This document shows, piece after piece, positions 10,701-18,722 of a DNA stretch of 64,000 bases. The notes below the pieces were generated by a model that made no database searches, was not told the DNA's origin, and was given only the letters and a program-made list of their open reading frames with translations. Position 1 is the stretch's first letter. Each line of letters starts with the position of its first letter. The translations under genes and the position numbers were made by a program. Source of the DNA: Polyangiaceae bacterium (GTDB lineage Bacteria; Myxococcota_A; Polyangia; Polyangiales; Polyangiaceae); the NCBI GenBank assembly GCA_035063585.1, contig JAPSGB010000008.1:160001-224000 (forward strand), read 5' to 3'.

Positions 10701-11913
10701 CTACGACGCGCTCGCCGGAGCCTACGTGCTCTTCTTCAACTACCCGAAGGCCGCCGAGACCTTCGACACCATCAGCCAGAAGGAGGCGTTCGCGCAGCAG
10801 GCCCGGCGCGAGGCCGCCAAGCAAGCGCTCTCCCTCTACGCGAGCATCGGCGACACCACCGGCATGACCCGGGCGCGGAACCGCTTCGCTCAGCTCGGCG
10901 CGTCGCCGAAGGAGCTCGCGGAGGCGGATTTCATCGTCGCCTCCGCGCCGCTCAAGCAGTGGGACGAGTTCAGCCCCGACGAGGGCGCCAACGCCGGGGC
11001 GCGCCGCAAGGCGCAGGCGGCGATGGAAGGCTACTACGACGCCAACAAGAGCCGCGACGCTGCCGCCCAGTACGTGGTGCAGGCTGCCTACGCGGTGGCC
11101 AAGATGAAGCGCTCCGCGAACGCCGGCGACACGGACAAGTGGTGGCAGAGCACCATCGACGCCTTCGGCAAGTGGAAGCGACTCGCTCCCGTGAAGGATG
11201 GCAAGAGCTCGGCGCTCGGGTCGCGCGAGGCGTCGATGGCCGCCGAAGGCGACTTCCGGATGCTGGACGCGCAGATCTCGAAGGGCTTCGACTACGATAC
11301 CGGCCACCACCACTACAAGGGAACGGTGGTGGAGGTGGTCAAGAAGTACCAGGGCGACGCCGTCGACGCGAAGAAGTGGTACGACAAGCTCCAGCACATC
11401 ATCGACGAGTACGTCTCCCCCGAATGGACGACCGCGGCGGTGGCGCGACAGGGTTCCCTCTACGACTCGCTCCGGACTGGCCTCTACAACACGCGGCCGC
11501 CCGAGCTCCAGATGTTCGACAAGAAGACCGAGAAGCTGCTCGAACAAGCGGAGAACAGCGACAACCCGGAGCTCCAGGAGAAGGCGGACGCGGTGCGCGT
11601 CAAGGTTCAAGAGGCGTGGCGCGCCAAGCGCGATCAGGAGCTCGACAGCGCCGATCGCGTCATGATCGATCGCTACGCGACGGCGATCGTGCTCGCGCGG
11701 CGATACAACGTCACCAACGGAGAGGTCACGCGGGCCATTCGGCGGCTCGCGTTCATGACCGAAGTGATCGGTGAGGCGAAGCTCGCGCAGTACGCGAGCG
11801 GGGTAAAGGATCTCGGCTACACGCCCGGGATGTTCACCAAGATGCGCCCCGGGATGGTCACCGCGCCCAAGCCGGAACCCATGCCGGACCCACTCCCGGT
11901 GCTGGCGCAATGA
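7732..11913 (+). CDS. Large periplasmic TPR protein, GltD/AgmU-like (1393 aa)
   Basis: Signal peptide and TPR motifs (PDAMFRLAALY, AMYKLAWSYYK, APEAAMNGAYAY). ATGA overlaps with both neighbours. Size and gene order fit GltD. Confidence 0.75.
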   Translation: MRMRRSTTMFMSRFIVSAAGLAVLTTPVTAFSQPAAPAASAAPAATAPTASASAAPAATAPTASATAAPPTTATAGLRTAAPPPPAPTPEQRRALAILQEDAQEYERGARDFRDTLTLIVRHHYEEKRRRVLGNLDQQIQEEQKALVAARDEAIQRLEKFVALYSGANADPKATPDAMFRLAALYEERARASTDADLAPGLKPAIDLYLRIVQEFPSYEEIAAVHYYLGHAFTDAGELDEGQQAWRALVCANKYQVKVDPADTGKIVVQPLDQDHDEKFWTEWYNQHPLPLDQAAKGRPAAGAKAAPKDEELAFRDPYPGECKAIAQATEPGAEPRYLGEVWWKLGDFHFDQIDPRGGPYNLNRAISAYRHSMEYKKPPLYGVAMYKLAWSYYKQQRYHAAVDEFVKLLFYTDDQEEKTGDPGADFRSEAYTYIAGSLTYVDFDGPPDGDPYIARNDVLDTETNPVVAEQKMAIAIERVQDPKLIPQDRKWTVEIYKALAHEFIDITQNRNAIATLELTLRKFPLDRDAPVMQNKVAELYDQLARLAPDGSAAKAEYTQKALEARTRLAEYVGVGKPWVEANKDDAEALNQAELLVKNGLKRAAADHTNEARALYQKALGLSDAGEQKALIEKAISEYRFAESGWRAYYEQDPNATDAYESKWWMADARYWVVVLQIAIGTSPAPDEIVGARRALADVRDSNEDDKYLQPAAYDLVTIAERLLQDEYRKYQDSNGAQGIEKRDEVHFSGEGDTRKVVVDPVPAAVAETIKARDEYNARIPLDRDPEKNGPLYQFQAGDYFFVYGHFDDARKRFQPLYDQFCGKNEWGYKSWEKLVSMAALESNAAESRKLAEGKSCAYDEESKVAEDKLRKPVLQGAAYLDARRLYEEAEKMPDGPERAKKWRQAAAAYKVALDAAPDRDEAPEAAMNGAYAYKQVGEYDKAIAMYELFIAKYGDDKTLARLKNGDPGAKPPVAPDPKKYEERTQFLKGAYDALAGAYVLFFNYPKAAETFDTISQKEAFAQQARREAAKQALSLYASIGDTTGMTRARNRFAQLGASPKELAEADFIVASAPLKQWDEFSPDEGANAGARRKAQAAMEGYYDANKSRDAAAQYVVQAAYAVAKMKRSANAGDTDKWWQSTIDAFGKWKRLAPVKDGKSSALGSREASMAAEGDFRMLDAQISKGFDYDTGHHHYKGTVVEVVKKYQGDAVDAKKWYDKLQHIIDEYVSPEWTTAAVARQGSLYDSLRTGLYNTRPPELQMFDKKTEKLLEQAENSDNPELQEKADAVRVKVQEAWRAKRDQELDSADRVMIDRYATAIVLARRYNVTNGEVTRAIRRLAFMTEVIGEAKLAQYASGVKDLGYTPGMFTKMRPGMVTAPKPEPMPDPLPVLAQ
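7861..7938 (+). repeat. 2 x 39-bp coding tandem repeat (AATAPTASASAAP)
   Basis: Near-identical 39-bp duplication read directly. Confidence 0.85.
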
Positions 11914-13328
11914 GGTGCAGCATGACCCACGCTCGATACACGCGGGTAGGTCTGGCAGGGCTCGGGCTCATCGTGAGCCTGTCGCTCGTCGCTTGCGGCG
12001 GTAGCGCGCCGGCCGCTCAGGTCCCGGAAGGGACGACCGTGCAGCCGTCCACCACGCCGGGCGGGACGGGCCTCGCGACCAACGCGCAGGGCCAGCAGTT
12101 CGCGGTCACCGACGAGTCGACCAGCGGTGAGACCAGCAATCGGCCGAAGATGAACGCGTCCGCGCTACAGGCCTACAACGCGGGGCTCACGGCCTTTCAG
12201 GCAGGTGATCTCGCGGGCGCCAAGACCCAGTTCACCGCTGCCACGCAGGCTGACGCGAACGCGTATCAAGCGTATTATTCGCGAGGCGTCGTCGAGCAGC
12301 GCCTCGGCGATCGGAGCGGCGCGCTCGCCGATTATCGGAAGGCCATCTCGATCGTCGCTGACTACGAGCCAGCGATCACCGCGTACGGGCTCCTGCTCGC
12401 CGCCAGCGGCAAGGTGTCGGAGGCCGACAGCTTCCTCACGGAGTATCAGGGGAAGCTCCCGAAGAGCGCGGCCGTCACCGGTGCGCTCGCCGAGGTGAAA
12501 TCGCTCCAGGGCAACTCGGCGGATGCCCAGCGGCTCGCGCAGGAAGCGCTCAAGAAGAACCCCGATTATCGCCCGGCCATGGTGACCATGGCTCGCGACT
12601 TCTATCGCACGGGGAAATACGATCTGGCGCTCTACACGCTTCAGGGGATCTTGGACGGCTTCGGTCCAGAGAACCCGGCGCGAGACAAGGACAACGCGAG
12701 CGCGCACCTCCTCCGCGGCCTCATCTACAAGAGACAGAGCCAGCGTAAGGCCGCCATCGACGCCTTCAACGCGGCTCTCGCGCTCCGGCCCGATCTCGTG
12801 GAAGCGCGCTTGCAGCTCGCGACCTACTTGCTCGAGTCGGGCAACGCCGCTGAGGCCGCGCAGCTCCTCGAGGGTGCGCTCCGTTACGACAAGGACAACC
12901 TCCTCGCCCACCTGAACCTCGGCGATGCCTATCGGCTCCTCGGAAAGACGGCCGAGGCCATCAAGGAGCTCGAGGGTGTGCTCGCGAAGGATCCCACGAT
13001 AGCTCAGGCGCACTATGACCTCGGGCTCATCTATCTCTTCAGTGAGAAGGTGCCGGGCCTCTCGCCGGTGCAAGCAATCGACAAGGCCATTGTGGAGCTC
13101 TCGACCTACCAGAAGATGAAGCCGCGCTCCGGCGCGGGGACCGCGCCCGACGACACCGACGAGCTCCTCACGCGAGCCAAGTCGAAGAAGGCGGTCATCG
13201 AAGCTACCGCTGCGGAGCAGGCTGCTGCCAAGCCGGCACCCGCGGCGAGCAGCGCCGCGCCCGCGGCGAGCAGCGCCGCGCCCGCGGCGAGCGGCGCCGC
13301 GCCGCCGCCGCTCAAGGGAGGTCAGTGA
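11910..13328 (+). CDS. TPR lipoprotein, GltE/AglT-like
   Basis: Lipobox LVAC-GG, numerous TPRs (AHLNLGDAYRLLG, AHYDLGLIY), located downstream of the GltD-like gene. Confidence 0.78.
   Translation: MRCSMTHARYTRVGLAGLGLIVSLSLVACGGSAPAAQVPEGTTVQPSTTPGGTGLATNAQGQQFAVTDESTSGETSNRPKMNASALQAYNAGLTAFQAGDLAGAKTQFTAATQADANAYQAYYSRGVVEQRLGDRSGALADYRKAISIVADYEPAITAYGLLLAASGKVSEADSFLTEYQGKLPKSAAVTGALAEVKSLQGNSADAQRLAQEALKKNPDYRPAMVTMARDFYRTGKYDLALYTLQGILDGFGPENPARDKDNASAHLLRGLIYKRQSQRKAAIDAFNAALALRPDLVEARLQLATYLLESGNAAEAAQLLEGALRYDKDNLLAHLNLGDAYRLLGKTAEAIKELEGVLAKDPTIAQAHYDLGLIYLFSEKVPGLSPVQAIDKAIVELSTYQKMKPRSGAGTAPDDTDELLTRAKSKKAVIEATAAEQAAAKPAPAASSAAPAASSAAPAASGAAPPPLKGGQ
13239..13301 (+). repeat. 3 x 21-bp coding tandem repeat CCCGCGGCGAGCAGCGCCGCG (PAASSAA)
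   Basis: Read directly; the third copy has one substitution. Confidence 0.88.
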
Positions 13329-13567
13329 TGCGATACTTCGGAATGCTCTCGGTCACAGCGATGGCCGTCCTGCTCGTGAGCTCGACCGCGCTCGCGCAAA
13401 AGAAGCCGCGCGTCGTCACCATCAGCGAGGTCACCATCGTGGGTAGGGTCCAGAAGCCCATCGCGGCCGTCGACGTCGCGCGCATTCAGCCGAAGCTCAC
13501 GCTCGCCGAGCTGAAGCAACCCTTCCTCGAGCGGATCGAGAAGGCGCTCTACAGCGATCCCTTCTGA
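13325..13567 (+). CDS. Small secreted GltF/CglF-like protein
   Basis: 80 aa, signal peptide, VTIVGRVQKP motif resembling GltF-family V-x-G-x-x-x-KP, ends in DPF. GTGA overlap with the gltE-like gene. Confidence 0.7.
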   Translation: MMRYFGMLSVTAMAVLLVSSTALAQKKPRVVTISEVTIVGRVQKPIAAVDVARIQPKLTLAELKQPFLERIEKALYSDPF

Positions 13568-13584
13568 TCGCTCCGAGTCGGCGC

Positions 13585-14127
13585 TTGCTGTACGCGTTGG
13601 CCGCCTGGCTGCTTGCGGCGGTGAGCTGGGGTGTCGGTGCGGCGCGATACCGCCGCGTGTCGAGCGACGACGGGGCCGCGGCGCTCGCCGCCGCGCTCCG
13701 CGGCGCGGGCGGACGCGCCGCGCGCGCGCTCGTCGAGCGTGAGCCGCGGACCCGAGCCACGGCGCTGCTTCGCGAGGTGCTCGACGCGAAGAGCCACGCG
13801 CACGCGGTCGCCGCCATCAACGAGCACCTCGCGGACGTCGCCTGGGAGCTCGAGGGCGCCGGCGTGCTCCCCCGCGCGGCCGCGCGAGTCGCGCTCGCCG
13901 GGGCGACGGGCGCGGCGGTCGCGCGGATCGCGACCGGGCTCGGCACCGACGGTCCCTGGCTCGGCTGGGCGGCCGCCGCGTTCGGAGGGGGGTTGGTGGC
14001 CGCGATGGGGTCCCTGGGCCTGGCGCGCCGGGCCGAGCGCGTCGCGCGTGAGCGGCGAGACGCTTGGAATCGGGTGGCTAGCGCGCTCGGGCGGCTCGGC
14101 GCGGAGTCGCCCGAGCGCGCTTCGTGA
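13585..14127 (+). CDS. Three-TM membrane protein, possibly a degenerate MotA/TolQ/ExbB-family protein
   Basis: N-terminal TM, cytoplasmic helical stretch, ELE followed by a two-TM hairpin with GGGLVAAM, basic tail. Confidence 0.45.
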   Translation: MLYALAAWLLAAVSWGVGAARYRRVSSDDGAAALAAALRGAGGRAARALVEREPRTRATALLREVLDAKSHAHAVAAINEHLADVAWELEGAGVLPRAAARVALAGATGAAVARIATGLGTDGPWLGWAAAAFGGGLVAAMGSLGLARRAERVARERRDAWNRVASALGRLGAESPERAS

Positions 14128-14282
14128 CCCGGGCTGCGAGTCGGGCGCGCCTACGGGAGCCTGCTGGACGCGCGGCGGGCGTCCGGGTAGGCTGAGCGTG
14201 ACAGTGGAACTTCTCGGGGCTCCAGACGTCAGACTCGGAGCACACCCGTCAATCGTCGCCTTCTTGGGGTGAGGATACCTCG

Positions 14283-15701
14283 ATGATGCAGCCTCCCATT
14301 CAGCCGCAAGGTTCCGGAGCCGCCCGCCCCGGACAGATGACTGCCGTGATGCGCGCCGTGGCGGCGACGGGGCCGAAGGTGCTCCGAATCGGCGTCGTCC
14401 AGGCCGGTCGCGTCGTCGAAGAGCGGATCATCAAGCAACGCGGTCACGTGACCGTGGGGCCCAGTGAGAAGAACCTGTTCGTGGTGGCTACCGCGAAGCT
14501 GCCGGCAAATTTCCGGTTGTTCGAGCTGGTCGCCAATGACTACTGCCTGAATTTCCTGGAGGGCATGACGGGCCGCGTCGCGCTGCCGACCGGTGTCTCG
14601 GACCTCGCGGTGCTGAGGGGGCAAGCCCGACGGACGCCGCAAGGCACCTATCAGATCCGTCTGACCGAGGACTCGCGCGGAAAGGTCGTAGTCGGGGACA
14701 CCACGTTCCTCTTCCAGTTCGTCGCGCCGCCTCCGGTGCAGCCGAAACCGCAGCTCCCGGTCTCGGTCACGCGCGGCTCGACCAGCATCGACTGGACGAC
14801 CACGATGATCGCGGCGTTCTCGTTTCTGCTTCATTTCCTCTTGGTCGGCGCGGTCTACTCGGATTGGCTCGACCCTATCGTCGATGACGAGGTCAACCTG
14901 GCGAGCCTCATCGAAACGGTTCAGTCCCTCCCGCCACCGCCGCCCATCGAGCAGCAAAAGGTCGAGGAGGTCTCGGACCAAGGGGCGGAGAAGGCGGCCA
15001 AGCCCGAGAAGGCCGCTGGCAGCGCAAACAAGCAGGCCGGCCCCGCTGGCGCAGCGGGCGGGAAGATGTCGAACGCTCAGGCGGCGGCGCTGAGCGGCAA
15101 GCTCGACCAACTCGAGATGGCCACGCTCGGGGCGCTCGCGAGTGAGGGCCCGGCCACCGCCGGGGTCCTGCGAAATAGCGAGGTGGCAACCGGCGCGCTC
15201 GACCAGGCGGCGGCGAGCGGGGTCGGCGTCGGCGCGGGCACCGGGGATCTTCGTCTCGGTTCGAGCGGCGGGGCGGTGCGCCCGGGCGCGTCCGGCGGCG
15301 GCCTCTCGGGGATCGGCACGACCGGCAAGACCGGCGGAACCGAGGGCACCGGCACGGTGGCGAAGGTGCAAGGGCCGAAGGGCAACGCGTCGGTCGGCGG
15401 CGCTGCCGTGAGCGGCGGCACGGTGAGTAACGCGAGCCGCGTGGTCGCCGGGATGCGGGCTGGGTTCCGGAGCTGCTATAACCAAGGGCTCGCCCAGAAC
15501 CCGGACGCGCAAGGGAGCATCCGCCTCACGATCCGCGTGGGTCCCGGCGGCGAGGTGCAAGGGGTCAGCGCGTCGGCGAGCGGCAATCTCCCGCCGTCGG
15601 TGGTCGGCTGTGTCCAGTCGCGCGCGAGCGCGGCGCAGTTCGCGCCGCCCGAGGGCGGCGCCGCGGTGGTCGTGGTGCCGGTCACCTTCGTGAAGCAGTA
15701 A
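14283..15701 (+). CDS. GltG/PglI-like TonB/TolA-type energy transducer (cytoplasmic FHA-like domain, TM, AgmX/PglI/TonB-C-like C-terminal domain)
   Basis: TM with TonB-type SxxxH (FSFLLH), Pro/Gly-rich spacer, C-terminal FRSCYNQGL...GSIRL..I...G.V...CV...QF.PP..VVVPVTF. Confidence 0.82.
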   Translation: MMQPPIQPQGSGAARPGQMTAVMRAVAATGPKVLRIGVVQAGRVVEERIIKQRGHVTVGPSEKNLFVVATAKLPANFRLFELVANDYCLNFLEGMTGRVALPTGVSDLAVLRGQARRTPQGTYQIRLTEDSRGKVVVGDTTFLFQFVAPPPVQPKPQLPVSVTRGSTSIDWTTTMIAAFSFLLHFLLVGAVYSDWLDPIVDDEVNLASLIETVQSLPPPPPIEQQKVEEVSDQGAEKAAKPEKAAGSANKQAGPAGAAGGKMSNAQAAALSGKLDQLEMATLGALASEGPATAGVLRNSEVATGALDQAAASGVGVGAGTGDLRLGSSGGAVRPGASGGGLSGIGTTGKTGGTEGTGTVAKVQGPKGNASVGGAAVSGGTVSNASRVVAGMRAGFRSCYNQGLAQNPDAQGSIRLTIRVGPGGEVQGVSASASGNLPPSVVGCVQSRASAAQFAPPEGGAAVVVVPVTFVKQ

Positions 15702-15806
15702 CCCGGAGAATGAACGGGGCGCGAGCTCGGGGCACCGGACGAAGCGATGGGGAAAGAGTGTTGTAATCTGCCGAAATCATTGAGCTTCGATGGTGCAGAA
15801 CGCGCG

Positions 15807-15836
15807 TTGACAGTCGGCTTGACGCGTATCTATACT
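15807..15836 (+). promoter_or_regulatory. Sigma70-like promoter TTGACA-N18-TATACT for the secreted protein/beta-barrel/OPX operon
   Basis: Consensus -35 at 15807-15812 and near-consensus -10 at 15831-15836, followed by a GGAGG RBS before 15872. Confidence 0.7.
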
Positions 15837-15871
15837 GGCTGCGTTCGGTTTTCGGAGGGAGGCTTGACTCG

Positions 15872-16444
15872 ATGCGCTTGACCAAGAATGCCTGGGCCGT
15901 GGCAGCGGCGTCCGTCGTGTTCGGGATCCTAGGGATCGCGACCGCGCAGACGTCGGCGACGCCGGCCGCCGTTCCCGAGGTGACGACGCAGCGGGATGTG
16001 AACCTGTCACCGGCGGAGATGCAGGCGAAGGTCGACACCTTCCTCCCGCAGATGGATCGGGGGGCGACCGCGGTTCGTCGCCAGCTCCAGGAGGCGCGCC
16101 AAGCGCGCGATGTCGTGAAGGTCCTCTGCTTGAATGACAAGCTGAACCAGCTCGATGTCGCCATCCGAACCGCTCGTGATCGCGCGTCCAGCCTACGCAA
16201 CGCGGTGGACCACAACGACGCGGATCGCGCGCGGCACGAGTTCACCATCCTCGAGGTGCTGAACGATCGGGCCCGCACGGTCGTCGCCGAAGCGAACCAG
16301 TGCATCGGCGAAGAGACCGGGTTCGTGGGCGAGTCTCGCGTGACCGTCAGCATCGATCCGAACATCCCGGACACCGATCCGTCGATTTTCCCCGACACCC
16401 CGATCGTCAGTCAGCCCCCCGTTCTCAGCAGCCCCACCCAGTAG
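15872..16444 (+). CDS. Secreted helical protein of unknown function (two Cys, Pro-rich tail)
   Basis: Signal peptide, VLCLNDKL...EANQCIGEE, strong RBS. Confidence 0.75.
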   Translation: MRLTKNAWAVAAASVVFGILGIATAQTSATPAAVPEVTTQRDVNLSPAEMQAKVDTFLPQMDRGATAVRRQLQEARQARDVVKVLCLNDKLNQLDVAIRTARDRASSLRNAVDHNDADRARHEFTILEVLNDRARTVVAEANQCIGEETGFVGESRVTVSIDPNIPDTDPSIFPDTPIVSQPPVLSSPTQ

Positions 16445-16509
16445 CGAGTCGGTGTCGTCGTCGATGACCGACTGTCCTACTTGGGGTGCCGAGTAGACTT
16501 ATTTCTCCC

Positions 16510-17877
16510 ATGAAGCTTCGCCTCATCATTCCCACCATGCTGACGCTCGGGAGCCTCTCGCTCTCGGCGTCGGCTCAGCAGCAGCCATGGCTTGCCGACC
16601 GCCGCTACGGCGAGGGTATCGGTATCCGCAGCGGAGCTCTCGAGTTCCACCCCGGGATCGCGGGTGAGGTCGGGTATGACTCCAACTACTTCCAGCGCGC
16701 AGGAGACGGCCAGACGAGCGAGCGGGTGATCCCCGCGCTCCGCTTCCGGCTTACCCCGTCCATCTCGCTGTCCACGTTGAGCGAGCAGCGCCGTGCGGCC
16801 GAGGGCCGAGGGGCGCCACCCAAGCTGAACTTCCGGGCGGGCGCGGCGCTGGGTTTGAACGCGCTGGTCGCGACCGACTCAGCGAACTCCGACGCGCTCG
16901 GCAAGCAGAGCCACATCGACGCGACGGGAAATTTCAGCCTCGATATCCTCCCTCAGGCCCCCTGGGGAGCGGATCTCTACGGGCAGTACCAGCGGATGGT
17001 GGAGGCGTCGAACTCGCCGGACACTGCCTCCGCCTGGGATCGCGACTTGGTCGTCCTTGGTGCCGGCGTGGTCTGGCGCCCGGGCGGCGGCCTCTTCGAC
17101 TGGCGGCTCGGCTACGAGCTCCAGTACAATTACTTCGAGCGCGAGGCGTACCAGAACCTCAACAACGCGCAGCACGCCGTGAAGACGCGCGGGCGCTGGC
17201 GATTCCTCCCACGCACCGCGTTCCTTTACGACGCGTCGCTCGGCTTCATCGGCTACTCGGGCGCGACGACTCAAGCGAATAGCCAGCCGGTGCGGGCGCG
17301 ACTCGGGCTCAACGGTCTCATCACCAACCATTTCGCGGTGCTCGCCATGGCGGGCTGGGGCGCGAGCTTCTACGAGACGTCGGCGCGGCCGACGAGCAAC
17401 TTCGACAGTCTCATCGCGCAGGGCGAGCTCAAGTGGTTCATCTTGCCGCAGCCGACGATGCCCTCGGATGGCGCTACCGTCGGGCTCTCCTCCATCGCCC
17501 TCGGCTATACCCGAGACTTCCAGAACAGCTACCTCGGGGACTACTACCAGCGAGATCGCGGCTACCTCGGCTTCTCGTATTTTCTCGGGGGCCAGGTGCT
17601 GCTCTCGTTGAACGGAGGCGTGGCGCGGGTCGGCTACCCGCCGAGCTATTTCGCGAACGGCACCGCGCGCTTCGGCGCGTTCGCCCAAACGCGCGTCGAC
17701 GGCACGCTCTTCGGCGAGTACCGCCTGAGCGACAGCATCGGGATCAACACGACGCTGAGCTACGACGCGGCGCTCGGCGATCGCTTGATTCCGACTCGCA
17801 CCGCGGCACCGCAGGCCTACGACAACCTGAAATTCTCGCGCTTCGAGGCGTATCTCGGCGTGCGCTGGTTCATGTGA
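16510..17877 (+). CDS. Outer-membrane beta-barrel, probable Wzp/EpsX-type polysaccharide export porin
   Basis: Signal peptide, GYDSNYF motif near the N-terminus, amphipathic beta strands, aromatic C-terminus YLGVRWFM. Directly upstream of the OPX gene. Confidence 0.72.
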   Translation: MKLRLIIPTMLTLGSLSLSASAQQQPWLADRRYGEGIGIRSGALEFHPGIAGEVGYDSNYFQRAGDGQTSERVIPALRFRLTPSISLSTLSEQRRAAEGRGAPPKLNFRAGAALGLNALVATDSANSDALGKQSHIDATGNFSLDILPQAPWGADLYGQYQRMVEASNSPDTASAWDRDLVVLGAGVVWRPGGGLFDWRLGYELQYNYFEREAYQNLNNAQHAVKTRGRWRFLPRTAFLYDASLGFIGYSGATTQANSQPVRARLGLNGLITNHFAVLAMAGWGASFYETSARPTSNFDSLIAQGELKWFILPQPTMPSDGATVGLSSIALGYTRDFQNSYLGDYYQRDRGYLGFSYFLGGQVLLSLNGGVARVGYPPSYFANGTARFGAFAQTRVDGTLFGEYRLSDSIGINTTLSYDAALGDRLIPTRTAAPQAYDNLKFSRFEAYLGVRWFM

Positions 17878-17915
17878 TGCGAGTGGCTCGGCCCGTGTCG
17901 CGTGAGCGTCGCTGA

Positions 17916-18602
17916 ATGATGTGGCGTTCGGGCGCCACGAACGACCCTGTCGTGGCTGAGGTGAGCGTGCGGAGCGCGAGCGTGGCTGGAGCGTCGGGCG
18001 AGCGGCGGGCGCGAGCGCTCGGCGCGCTCCTCGCGGCGATGGTGGCGCTCGCTTCGGCGTGCGGTCCCGCGGCGACCAACCAGCACGTGGAGCTACCGGC
18101 GCCCATCGAGAGCACCTCGCTCGGGCCCGGGGACGTCTTTCAGATGCAGATCGTGAGCGAGAAGGATCTGCCGCAGCAGTACCAGATCGCCTCCGACGGC
18201 ACCGTGGATTTGCCCTACATCCACCGCCAGAAGGTGGTGGGGCTCGAGCCGCAAGAGGTGCAGGAGCTCGTGACCCGAGAGCTCATCGCGAAGCAGATCC
18301 TGACGAACCCGAGCGTCATCATCTCGGTGCAGGAATATAACAGCAAGAAGGTGACGGTGCTCGGGCAGGTCCAGAAGCCCGGGGCGTTCTCGTTTGCGTC
18401 GGGCATGACGCTGATCCAGGCGATCTCACTGGCGGGCGGGCTCAATTCCATCGCGCACCATGATCGCGTGAACCTCACCCGCAAGCTGAAACAAGGCGCA
18501 AAGACGGTGGTCGTGAGCGTGGACGCGATCACTGAGGGCCGCTCCCCGGACATCCCGCTCCAAGCCGGCGATCAGATCTACGTCCACGAGCGGATCTTCT
18601 GA
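17916..18602 (+). CDS. Short OPX (Wza-like) polysaccharide export lipoprotein: Poly_export plus one SLBB domain; start uncertain
   Basis: Lipobox ASAC-G; motifs LGPGD, DGTVDLPYI, VTVLGQVQKPG, TLIQAISLAGG. Ends LQAGDQIYVHERIF with no Wza C-terminal helix. Confidence 0.9.
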   Translation: MMWRSGATNDPVVAEVSVRSASVAGASGERRARALGALLAAMVALASACGPAATNQHVELPAPIESTSLGPGDVFQMQIVSEKDLPQQYQIASDGTVDLPYIHRQKVVGLEPQEVQELVTRELIAKQILTNPSVIISVQEYNSKKVTVLGQVQKPGAFSFASGMTLIQAISLAGGLNSIAHHDRVNLTRKLKQGAKTVVVSVDAITEGRSPDIPLQAGDQIYVHERIF

Positions 18603-18722
18603 GCCGACCCGAGCCAGCCTTCGGAGCCCCGGGCGGCGCGCGGCTCGCGCCCTGGCGCGGCTCTCCGGGGACCACGACCCGAAATCGGCGAGCCGCGACG
18701 AGCGCGGCCTCGCGCAGGCGGA

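Noticed and set aside
7678..11910. 1410-aa minus-strand ORF, and similar long antisense ORFs such as 38901-41975 and 48-1463
   Set aside because: Shadow ORFs mirroring real genes; expected from strong GC codon bias and lacking recognisable motifs.
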